A DNA stretch of 64,000 nucleotides from Mayamaea pseudoterrestris (taxonomy: Eukaryota), in the NCBI GenBank assembly GCA_027923505.1, contig BROI01000007.1, positions 1 through 64,000 of the forward strand, given 5' to 3'. The translations under genes and the position numbers were made by a program. The notes under the pieces were generated by a model. It did no database searches and was not told the DNA's origin. It was given only the letters and a program-made list of their open reading frames with translations. Positions 1 to 12,700 of the stretch are shown here, in pieces; the stretch's first letter is position 1; the number at the start of each line of letters is the position of its first letter.

Positions 1-3000
1 GTGCTTGGCGGTATGCAGGCAGTGCACTTGGGACACGTGCAAAGTTGCGCAAGTCTTTGCCACTAGAGTGTTGCCCACCACGCATTAGAAACTGAATGGT
101 TTTAAAGTTCAGAATGACCAAGACGGAAAATGCCAACGGAGCAATTTCAGCTCAGACAAGTTGGTATTCGAGCTGGCGAGACGGAGGAGCTTTGGCTTGG
201 CGTGGTCTTGGCTCACGGCGAGGGGTGGGCGTTGTTCCTCCATCACTTGGAGGACCATCGGCTGGCGGTGTACGGTGCTGAGCAGGAGCTGACCAGGACC
301 AGGACCAGGGAGGCAAAGGGCTCGCCAGATGTAAGAACTCTGGATGCCACTGAGATCGTATGCGATAGCAGTCGGCAAGTTGGTAAGAGGATCACCTGAG
401 CCTCAACACCATCATTCGTTATAGAGCCATCCTTGTGGACTCGCTCCACAGAACCGCTCAAGCAGATAGCCCGGGATCGGCATATATAACTTCATTTGGA
501 TACTGCTGCAGCAACCCTGGCATACTCAAGAGACGCACTTTGGCCTCAGGGATCCAGTATGCGGAACCTTTACTGTGCGAAGCATGCATTGTCAAGAGAG
601 CTCCAGGCTTACAAACCTTTGCCTTTAACTCGACCATCTTTGAAGAGACCATTCAAACGAACACTTGGCGCTGGCTGAATGGGGCCAACAAAGTCAAGCC
701 GCGTGCTTGGCGAAATGGGAGATGCTTGCCCTGAATCCCAGATTACTGGCAGCATCTTGTCCTTTGCACGGTGGTGTGGATTGCGTATATTTATTGTTAG
801 TGAGAGATTGGCTCAATGTTGGTATATTCGTCAAGCAGATTCCAAGTGGGACGCTTGGTAGGCTTCTCCAAAATCGTCGAAATCTGAAAAATCCCCAAAC
901 ACAACAGACGCAAACACCTCTTGTGGCATTGGATCAATTGCTTGAATTGAAGCTTGCGGCACTGGTGAGGCGTTGTAATCAATGGATCATTACGCCAGTG
1001 ATCATTACGCCAGTCTCGATTGCGAATCCGATGGCGCTCTTCATATTGATAAAGAAGCGTATCATTTAGCCAGTGTCTTCCTATGGAGGTCACTGATCAA
1101 TTCTTGTAAGCCTCATTAACTTGATTGGCAGTTGAGCTTGTCGTAAGAACGGAGAGCTCAGCGCGGCATTAATCAGGGGGAGTAACGGAACCGGTAGTGA
1201 GGGTGTTGGTCGCCGGAGACATTGGTTTAGGTGAGCTAGGAGGGCGATGGGGCTTGTTGATTGGGCGTGGGACTGTCCATGGTTTCAACCATGTGCTGAG
1301 CAGGTTTTCTGGTTGGACTCGAGTGGGTCGTCTTCGAGCATGCAAATGCCATGATTCTCCCTCGTTGAAGGCAACCGCATAAAATGGCGCAAGAAGGCAA
1401 GGAACTTTGGCCTGAGACGCAAAAACCAAGATTACTAGTCGAACCGAGAGAGTAAACCGATGAATAAGAAACGGAACCGTTGGAACGATTAAGCAAGTGT
1501 TTGATGAGAGATAAGCGAATACGATCCCAATGCCGCGAGGAGGCTTGGCAGGTGGCTTCCAAAATATTGACACAGTGAGCCAACAAAGAACCCAGGCACC
1601 ATCAAACGCCAATGATGGTAAATCAAACGTCGAAGATATGACAAGAGAAAGGCTCGCAACCAACTGTCTGTGAATGGGCTGTTGATCAGCAAATGGAGAT
1701 CCTCCCAAGGGCAGTTGTTGTATTGGCAAACTGTTGCGCCACAGTATGTGCCTGAGTCTCTGTAATTTGAATGAACAAGAGATGAAAACAGTATAGAATG
1801 AATACTAAAGTCAAATGGTCACAGGCAGGGCGCGCAACCGAGTGACGATCACCAACAAATATCCAATCATAAGCACAAATGAAAGTGCACTTGAGAGAGA
1901 GAGGACGGTAAAGCACTTGTTTGGCTTGGAGGGCTGGCAGATCGTGATTAGTCAAGGAGCGTCAGCTGGAGCAGCATCCAAAACTTAGAATTGCAGGGGA
2001 GCGACACTTGCAAGCCTCGCTTGAATAGCTGCGATCGAAAGTAACGCACATCAGATCAGGATCATCGAGAGCGCAATATTGCAGAGTTTTAGGAGCCGTG
2101 GGATGCTCATCAATGATCATTGATCATCAGCAACAATGGAAGCAATGGTATCCGCCACATGGAGACGCAGATTCCAATGACAGCTTCTTCACTTCTTCAA
2201 GAAATATCCGCATTGGTTAAAGCAAGGGCTTTGATGCCACGGGGCGGCAAAAGGATGGATCCTCGATAGTAGATAGCGATCAAACCAAGCAAGATGACCA
2301 CATTGTGGGCAGCAGCGGAGCAGATTTACTCTATGCTCTGTCAGTGCCATGGTTAGGGCCACTTGCGTTGCAGGCACAATGGTAGGTTTTCCTCCCTTTT
2401 CATTGATGGGATGTGAAGGAGAAGATACAGCAAAGTGGACATCGCCAATCGCTTTGACAGCTTCCACTCTTAGTCTGGTGGCTTCTTCCATTTCCTTGGG
2501 AGGGGCTGCTTGTTGTTAGTTTTCACGGTCGTTGTTGTTGCACTGAAAATGGTGGGGGATGTGACAAGTTTCCCTTGCTCCGCTTGCCTTGGTTTTTGTC
2601 AAGTTGGGAACAACCAAAGGCGGGCGGAATGGCAGTTTGCGGCGTTTGGCGGGAATCCAGTCATTTGTCAGCATGAATGTCTAGCGCCAAAATCTTTAAT
2701 GTTCACGCGACGTGGGAGTCATATTCGAGCAAGTTAGTACGATGCTTAGCTTTCCAAGATTTCGTTCAAAAGCGCCAGTAGTTCCCTGCTTGGAGAAGGT
2801 TTTTCAGCACTTTGGTGAGTTAGAATGCGGATATTGCACCCGGATAATTAATGGCTTTGCTTTGATAATAAGCGTATCCATGTAGGTTGTTTTTGGCCTG
2901 GCTCGCTTTTGTAGGCTGCGACTTTGTTCCACTCTTCAAGTACCAGTCGCGGATTGGTGAACATCCAAAAAGAGAACAGAAGTTTCCTGCGCCAGCCGTA

Positions 3001-3510
3001 TAATGATCCAGGCGAAGTCTCCACTGGATAGATTGTGTAGTCGCGATCATATTGTCGAGAAAAGGAGCAAGTGACCACAACAGGAATAATATTAACAATG
3101 TTGGTTGATCGATGTAAAATATGTGTCATTGCCACAGAGCGTTGTTCCCTTAAAGAGCATTTGTTGATGGCAAGTGTGTCAATGCAACAAGTGCGCTTGT
3201 TGTTTGAATTATCAACGAGAGGGTTCCAACCATGTGGGCCGCCTTCCAGATGCTGTGAGAGACAGACAGTGCCGTGAGAGAGTGGATGTGAGAAAGGATC
3301 TTGGATTCGGAATGTGTGTCTTCTTCCATCGGAAACTTTGTTGGTTGTGAGGAAATTTCGGGTTAGTCAGCTGGCGCATTGCTCGAGCGCCTCGTTAGCT
3401 TTTGGGTAGTGGGTCATGTCTCCACCGATTGATTGGTTTGATCGCAGTTTGATGTAGAGCGCACGTGTCTAAAGACGAGGCCGGGGTTGTTGGTGTTCCT
3501 GGCGCCATGG
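1..3510 (-). mobile_element. Degenerate Ty1/copia retrotransposon (gag, protease, start of integrase), heavily frameshifted, runs off the window start
   Basis: Minus-strand fragments occur in copia order: putative gag start MAPGTPTTP (~3508), protease VIWDSG (~729-755), AYWIPEAKVRLLS (458-652 ORF), NLSELKLLRWHF/RLGH (~100-170) and CPKCTAC (~15-40; integrase Zn-binding CxxC). Confidence 0.75.
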
Positions 3511-3727
3511 TAACTCGATGTGATTAAAGCTTTTGGCTTCTGTCTTAGTTGCTTGCTTGGGGCACTCTGGCAAAAAACAGAAGAAAGCTCAGAATCTGAA
3601 GATCACAGTGGAAATGCTTCTCAGGTTGAATGGAGACTGTTTATGGCAACAACAAAGAGCAAAGGAAGAAATTGAAAGATACCCTACACATTACAGGCTT
3701 GCAAGAGAAAGAAAGGTTGCACTTTGA

Positions 3728-6700
3728 ACTCCCTGTCAATGGCCTACCAAACACATGTTTTGCCTGACTCATTGGGTATTTGGGTGGCCAGGGCATGGGG
3801 CGTTTGTCAGGGAAGAATCTGCAACTTGTGGTGTTGGCCATACCCACAGTGGAGGCCGTACCCATGGTGTCAGCCCCAGGCAGTCCTGGAAGGGGTCCTT
3901 TGCACCATTTGATTGAGACTCTGCACCTGTCAATGGCATACCCTGGACATGTTTTGCCTGACTCATTGGGTTTTTGGGTGGCCAGGGCATGGGGCGTTTG
4001 ACAGGGAAGAATCTGCAACTTGTGGTGTTGGCCATACCCACAGTGGAGGCCGTACCCATGTTGTCAGCCTCCAGGCAGTCCTTTATGCACTTTTTGAGAC
4101 TCTGCACCTGAACAATGGCATCCCCTGGGGTACTTGTTTTTGTGGGATATTTGGGTATTTGGGTGCCAGGGCATGAGGGATGTAACAGGGAAAATCTCTG
4201 CCACCGTGGTGTTTTGGCCAAACCACAGTGGAGGCCGCACCCATGTTGTCAGCTTGGGCCGTCCTTTTTGCACCATTTGAGACTCTGCACCTGTCAATGG
4301 CCTACCCTGGACATGTTTTGCCTGACTCATTGGGTATTTTGGTGGCCAGGGCATGGGGCGTTTGACAGGGAAGAATCTGCAACTTGTGGTGTTGGCCATA
4401 CCCACAGTGGAGCCGTACCCATGGTGTCAGCCTCCAGGCAGTCCTTTTTGCACCATTTGAGACTCTGCACCTGTCAATGGCATACCCTGGACATGTTTTG
4501 CCTGACTCATTGGGTATTTGGGTGGCCAGGGCATGGGGCGTTGACAGGGAAGAATCTGCAACTTGTGGTGTTGGCCATACCCACAGTGGAGGCCGTACCC
4601 ATGGTGTCAGCCTCCAGGCAGTCTTTTTTGCACCATTTGAGACTATGCACCTGTCAATGGCATACCCTGGACATGTTTTGCCTGACTCATTGGGTATTTG
4701 GGTGGCCAGGGCATGGGGCATTTGACAGAGAAGAAACTGCAACTTGTGGTGTTGGCCACACCCACAGTGGAGGCCGTACCCATGGTGTCAGACCTCCAGG
4801 CAATCTTTTTGCACCATTTGAGACTCTGCACCTGTTAATGGCATACCCTGGACATGTTTTGCCTGACTCATTGGGTATTTGGGTGGCCAGGGCATGGGAG
4901 CGTTTGACAGGGAAGCATCGCAACTTGTGGTGTTGGCCATACCCACCGTGGAGGCCGTACCCATGATGTCAGCCTCCAGGCAGTCCTTTCGCACCATTTG
5001 AGACTCTGCACCTGTCAATGGCATACCCTGACATGTTTTGACTGACATTGTGGGTATTTGGGTGGCCAGGGCAGGGGCGTTTGACAGGGACAGAATCTGC
5101 AACTTGTGGTGTTGGCCATAATTCTAGTGGAGGCTGCATCTATGATGGCAGCCTCTTTTTGCACCATTTGAGACTCTGCACCTGTCGGCATACCCTGGGC
5201 ATGTTTTGCTTGACTCATTGGGTATTTAAGGGCCAGGGCATGAGGCGTTTGATAGGAAATTAACTTGAGGTGGTTAGCCATACCCACAGTGGAGGTCAGA
5301 CTCCATGCAAAGCAGCTCCAGGGCAGTCCTCTCTGCATCATTTGAGCCTCTGCACCTGTCAATGGCATACCCTGACATGTTTGCCTGACTCATTGGGTAT
5401 TTGGGTGGCCAGGGCATAATGCCTTGACAGGAAGAATCCTCAACTGTGCATGTTGGCCATACCCACAGTGGAGGCCGTACCCATGGTGTCAGCCTCCAGG
5501 CAGTCCCTTTGCAACCATTTGAGACTCCCGCACCTGTTAATGGCATACCCTGGACATGTTTGGCCTGACTCATTGGATCGTTGGGTGGTTCAGGGCATGG
5601 GGCGTTTGGACAGTCAGAATCGGCAACTTGGAGTGTTGGCCATGCACACACTGAGGCCTACCCATGGTGTCAGCCTCCGCAGTCCTTTTGCACCATTTGA
5701 GACTTTGCCAAATAGGCACACCTGGACATGTTTTGCCTGACTCATTGCTGTTTGGGTGGCAAGAGCATGGGATGTTTGACAGGGAAGAATCGGTGCAACT
5801 TGTGGTGTTGGCCATACCCATCGTGGAGGTCGTGCACCCATGGTGTCAGCCTCCAAACAGTCCTTTTGCACCATTTGAGACTCCTGCACCTGTCAATGGC
5901 ATCCCCTGAACATGTTTTGCCTGACTCATTGGGTATTTGGGTGGCCAGGGCATGGGGCGTTTGACAGTGTCAAGAATCTACAACTTGTGGTGTTGGCCAT
6001 ACCCACTGTGTGGAGGCCGTACGATGGTGTCAGTCTCCAGGCAGTCCTTTTTGCACCATTTGAGACTCTGCACCTGTCAATGGCATACCCTGAGATGTTT
6101 TGCTGACTTATTGGGTATTTGGGTGGCCAGGGCAGGGTTGACAGGGAAGAATCTGCAACTTGTGGTGTTGGCCACAGTGAGGCGGTATCCATGGTGTAAG
6201 CTCCAGGCAGTCCTTTTGCACCATTTGAGTCTCTGCATCTGTCAATGGCATACACTGGAAATGTTTTGCCTTGACCTATTGGTGCATTTGGGGTGGCTAG
6301 GCATATGTTGAAGGAAGAATCTGCAACCAAGGTGTTGAATATACTGACAGTGGAGGGCCATACCCATGGTGTCAGCTCCAAAACAGTCTTTGCAACTACT
6401 TGAGACTCCTGCACCCGTCAAGATACCGGTGTAACAGACTCATTGGATTTAAAAGGGATGGGGGCGTTTGGACAGGGAAGAATCTGCAACTCAGGGTGCT
6501 GGACATACCCCAGTGGAGGCTTGTACCTGTATGTTGTCAGGGGCCTTCAGGCAGTCCTTTTTGCACCATTTGAGCATTCAGATCTGTCAATGGCATACCC
6601 TGACATGTTTAGCCTGGATTCAGAATATTTGGGTGGCCAGGTATGAGGCATTTGATAGGGAAGAATCTGCAACTTGTGGTGCTGGCCATACCCACAGTGG

Positions 6701-9700
6701 AGGATTTACTCCATGGTGCCACTGCAAGGCAGTTTTTTTGCACCATTTGAGACTCTGCACATGGCAATGGTGATGATTGGGAAATGTTGTCTGACTCATT
6801 GGGTATTTGGGTGGCCAGGCATGTGGGGGCGTTTGCACAGGAAGAATCTGCAACTTGTGGTGGCACAACCCACAGTGGAGGCCGCACCCATTGTGTCAGC
6901 CCCTCCAGACAGTCCTTATTGCACCATTTGAGACTCTGCATCTGTCGGGCGGGCATAACCCGGGAAATGTTTTGCCCTGGACTCATTGGTTATTTGGGTG
7001 GCTGTGGCATAAAGCGTTTGATGAAGAATCTGCAACTTGTGGTGTTGGCTTTACCCACACATTGTGGAGGCCGTACCCATAGTGTCAGCCTCCAGGCAGT
7101 CCTTTTTGAAACTACTCTGAGACTCTCTGCACCTGTCACCGGCATCCTGGGACATGTTTTGCCTGACCTCCTTGGGTATTTGGGTAGCCAGGGCATGGGG
7201 CGTTCTACAGGAAGAATCTGCAACTTGTGGAAAGTTGGCTATACTCCCCCAGTGGAGGTCGTACCCATGGTGTCAGCCTCCAGGCAGTCCTTTTTGCACC
7301 ATTTGAGACTCTGCACCTGTCACAGCATACCCTGGGACATGTTGTTTGTTTGGGTTTTGGGTGGCTGTGGCATGGGGCGCTGACAGGAAGAATCTGCAAC
7401 TTCAGGTGTCAATACCACAGTGGGAGGCCGTACCCATGGTGTCAGCCCCACCTCCAGGGCAGTCCTTTTGGCACCATTTGAGACTTGCACCTGTCAATGG
7501 CACATGACATGGTTTGCAAAGGACTCATTGGGTATTTGGGTGGCCAGGGCATGGGCGCTTGACAGGAAGAATTGCATGGTGTCGGGCGATGACTCCCAGT
7601 GGAGGCCGCATCTACGGTGCTGTCAGGCAGTCCTTTTTGCACTATTTGAGACTATAACTGTCAATGGTATGTCTGGACATGTTTAGCCTGACATTGGGTA
7701 TTTGGGTGGCCAGGCATGGCGTTTGACAGGAAGAATCTGCAACTTGGGTGTTACACACCCACAGGAGGTGTTGGTGTCAGCCTCCAGGCAGTCCTTTTGC
7801 ACCATTTGGAGACTCCGCATGTCACTGGCATACCCTGACATAAGCTTGGCCTGACTCCATTGGGTATTGGGTGGTCAGGCATGGGCGTTTGACAGGGATG
7901 AATCTGCAACTCAGGAAGCTGGCTATACCAATAGTGGAGGTTCGTGACGATGGTGTCAGCTCCAGGCAGTCCTTTTGCACCATTTTGAGACTCTGCACCT
8001 GTCAATGGACATACCCTGACATGGCTTCTGCCTGACTCATTGGGTATTTGGGAGGCCAGTATGGGGCGTTTGACAGGGGAAGAATTCGTAACTTGTGTTG
8101 GCCATACCCACAGTGGAGGCCGGCATCTACGGTGTCAGCCTCCAGGCAGGCTTTTGCACCATTTGAGACTGCACCTGTCACGGAACTGGACATGTTTCTA
8201 GTTCTGACCTATTTAGTATTTGGGTGGCCAGGCATGGGCGCTTGACAGGATGAATCTGCACCTTGTGTTGGCCCCAATGGAGGCCGCACATGTTGTCAGC
8301 TCCAGGTGTCTTGCACCATTTGAGACTATGCACCTGTCAATGGCATACTCCTGTGCCTGACTCATTGGGTATTTGGGTCAGTGCATGGGCTGTTGACAGG
8401 GAAGAATCTGCAACTTGTGGTGTTAATATACCCACCGTGGAGGCCGTAATCTACGTTGCCAGCCTAGGCAGTCCTTGGCACCATTTGAGACTACTGCACC
8501 TGTCAGTGCATACCGATTTTGCCTGGACTCATTGGGTATTTGGGTGGCCAGGGCATGGGGCATTTGGATAGAAGAATCTGCAATTGTGGTGTTGGCCATA
8601 TCTACAGGGAGGTCGGCCCATGTTGTCAGCCTCCAGCAGTCCTGCACCATTTTGAAAGACGTGTCACCGATTCCTGGATGTTTTGCCTGATCATTTGGCA
8701 TCCCCTGGACATGTTTTGCCTGACGCATTGGGTATTTGGGTGGCCAGGGCATGGGGCGTTTGATGTGATGAATCTGCAACATGTGGTGTTGGCCATACCC
8801 ACAGTGGAGGCCGTAATCTATCTTGTCAGCCTCCAGGCAGTCCTTTTGCACCATTTTGAGACTATGCACCTGTCAATGGCACCTGGACATGTTTTGCCTG
8901 ACTCATTGGGTATTTGGGTGGCCAGGCATGGGGCGGTTTGACAGGGAAAATCGCAACTTGTGGTGCTGGCTATACCCACAGTGGAGGCGTACCATGCTGT
9001 CAGCCTCCAGGCAGTCTTTGCACCATTTGAGACTCTGCACCTGTCAATGGCATCCCCTGAGATGTTTTGCCTGACTCATTGGTTATTTGGGTTGCCAGGC
9101 ATGGGGTGCCGGCAGGAAGAATCTGCAATTGTGGTGTTGGATACCCACAGTAGAGGCCGTAATTTCATGGTGTCAGCCCCAGGCAGTCCTTTTGCACCAT
9201 TTGAGACTATGCACCTGTCAATGGCCTACCCTGACATGTTTTGTTTTGGCCAGGGATGGGGCGCTTGACAGGGAATCTGCAACTTGTGGTGTTGGTACTG
9301 GAGGCCGTACTCCATGGTGTCAGCTGGGCAGTCGTTTTGCACCATTTGAGACTCTGCCCCGTCAATGGCATCCTGGACATGTTTTGCCTGGACTCATTGC
9401 AGTTGGGGCACAGCACTGGGCGTTTGACAGGGAAGAATCTGCAACTTGTGGTGTTGGTCCCACAGTGGAGGCAAGCGTACTCCATGGTGTCAGCCTCCAG
9501 GCAGTCCTTTTGCACCATTTGAGACTATGCACCTGTCAATGGCCTACCCTGACATGTTTTGCCTGACTCATTGGGTATTTGGGTGGCCAGGCATGGGGCT
9601 GCTTGACAGGAAGAATCTGCAATTGTGGTGTTGGATAGCCCACAGTGGAGGCCGATGTGTCAGCTCCAGGCAGTCCTTGCACCATTTGAGACTCTGCACC

Positions 9701-12700
9701 TGGGTCGATGGCAGGACATGTTTTGCCTGACTCATTGGGTATTTGGGTGGCCAGCTGGGTGTTGACGGAAGAATCTGTAACTTGTGGTGTTGGCCATACC
9801 CACAGGAGGCCGCATGAGACCATATTGTCAGCCCAGGCAGTCCTTTTGCACCATTTGAGACTATGCACCTGTCAATGGCATCCCCTGACATGTTTTGCCT
9901 GACTCATTGGGTATTTGGGTGGCCAGGGCATGGGGCACTTGACAGGGAAGAATGGAATTGTGGTGTTGGCATACCACAGTAGAGGCGTACATGGTGTCAG
10001 CTCCAGGCAGATTGCACCATTTGAGACATGACTGTCAATGGCACCTGACATGTTTTGCCTGACTCATTGGGTATTTGGGTGGCCAGGGCATGGGGCCGTT
10101 GACAGGAAGAATCTGCAACTTGTGGTGTTGGCCACCCACAGTGGGAGGCGTATCGATGGTGTCAGTCCCAGTAGTTTGGCACCATTTGAGATTCTGCTGT
10201 CAATGGCATCCCTGGACATTTTTGCTGACTCATTGGGTATTTGGGTGGCCAGGGCATGGGGCTTTTGACAGGGAAGGGCAGTCGTTTTGCACCATTTGAG
10301 ACTCTGCCCCGTCAATGGCATCCTGGACATGTTTTGCCTGGACTCATTGCAGTTGGGGCACAGCACTGGGCGTTTGACAGGGAAGAATCTGCAACTTGTG
10401 GTGTTGGTCCCACAGTGGAGGCAAGCGTACTCCATGGTGTCAGCCTCCAGGCAGTCCTTTTGCACCATTTGAGACTATGCACCTGTCAATGGCCTACCCT
10501 GACATGTTTTGCCTGACTCATTGGGTATTTGGGTGGCCAGGCATGGGGCTGCTTGACAGGAAGAATCTGCAATTGTGGTGTTGGATAGCCCACAGTGGAG
10601 GCCGATGTGTCAGCTCCAGGCAGTCCTTGCACCATTTGAGACTCTGCACCTGGGTCGATGGCAGGACATGTTTTGCCTGACTCATTGGGTATTTGGGTGG
10701 CCAGCTGGGTGTTGACGGAAGAATCTGTAACTTGTGGTGTTGGCCATACCCACAGGAGGCCGCATGAGACCATATTGTCAGCCCAGGCAGTCCTTTTGCA
10801 CCATTTGAGACTATGCACCTGTCAATGGCATCCCCTGACATGTTTTGCCTGACTCATTGGGTATTTGGGTGGCCAGGGCATGGGGCACTTGACAGGGAAG
10901 AATGGAATTGTGGTGTTGGCATACCACAGTAGAGGCGTACATGGTGTCAGCTCCAGGCAGATTGCACCATTTGAGACATGACTGTCAATGGCACCTGACA
11001 TGTTTTGCCTGACTCATTGGGTATTTGGGTGGCCAGGGCATGGGGCCGTTGACAGGAAGAATCTGCAACTTGTGGTGTTGGCCACCCACAGTGGGAGGCG
11101 TATCGATGGTGTCAGTCCCAGTAGTTTGGCACCATTTGAGATTCTGCTGTCAATGGCATCCCTGGACATTTTTGCTGACTCATTGGGTATTTGGGTGGCC
11201 AGGGCATGGGGCTTTTGACAGGGAAGCTAATCTGCAATTGTGCGTCGATGGGTATGTCAGCCCAGGCAGTCCTTTTGCACCATTTGGAGATATGCACCTG
11301 TCAATGGCCTACCCTGGACATTTTTTGCCTGACTCATTGGGTATTTGGGTGGCCAGGGCATGGGGCTGCTTTGGGGAAGAATCAATAGGTGTTGGATTCC
11401 AATGGAGGGTATCATGGTGTCAGCCTCCAGGCAAGTCCTTTTTGCACCATTTGAGACTCTGCACCTGTCAATGCATACCCGACATGTTTTGCCTGGACTC
11501 ATTGTGTATATGGGTGGCGAGAGCATAGGGGGTGTTTGACAGGGAAGAATCTGCAACTTGTGGTGTTGGCCATACCCACAGTGGAGGCCGTACCCATATA
11601 TTGTCAGCTCCAGTGCAGTCCTTTTGCACCATTTGAGACTATGCACCCGTCAATGGCAACCCGGTTACAGTTTCTGCCTGACTCATTGGGTATTTGGGTG
11701 GCTAGGCATGGGCGTTTGACAGAATGAATCTGCACCCAGGTGCTGGCCATACCCACAGTGGAGGCCGTATTCATGTTGTCAGCCTCCAGGGCAGTCCTTT
11801 TACACCATTTGAGACTATGCATGTCAATGGGCATATGACATGTTTTGCCTGACTCATTGGGTATTTAGGGTGGCCAGGGGATGGGGGTTGACAGGGAAGA
11901 ATCTGCAACTTGTGTGTGTTGGCCATATCCCACAGTGGAGTGGTACCCATGGTGTCAGCCACCAGGAGTCTTTGCACATTTGAGACATGCACCTGTCAAT
12001 GGCACGACATGTTTTTGCCTGACTCATTGGGTATTTGGGTGGCCAGGGCATGGGGCGTTTGACAGGGAAGAATCTGCAACTTGTGGTGTTGGCATACCCA
12101 CAGTGAAGGCGTTCAGCTCCAGGCAGTTTGCACCATTTGAGACTCTGCACCTGTCAATGGCATACCCTGAATGTTTTGCTGACCATGGGTATTTGGGTGG
12201 CCAGAGGCAGGGGTGTTTGACAGGGAAGAATCTGCACTTTGGTTTTGGCCATACCCACAGTGGAGTGCCGACCATTGTCAGCTCCGGGCAGTCCTTTTCA
12301 CAGAGACATGCTGTCAATGGCTCCCCAGAATGTTTTGCTGACATTGGGTTTTGGGTGGCCAGGGCATGGGGCGTTGACAGGGAAGAATCTGCAATGTGGT
12401 GTTGGCCATACCCACAGGAGGATGTCAGCCTCCAGGCAGTCCTTTTGACCATTTGAGATATGCACCTGTCAATGGATACCTGGACATTTTTGCCTGACTC
12501 ATTGGGTATTTGGGTGGCCAGGGATGGGGCGCGACAGGAAGCAATGTGGTGTTGGCCAACCCAAGGGAGGGTACATGTGTCAGCTCCAGGCAGTCCTTTT
12601 TGCACCATTTGAGACTCTGACTGTCATGATCCGGAATGTTTTGCCTGATCATTGGGTTTTGGGTGGCCAGGGCATGGGGCGTTTGACAGGAAGAATCGAA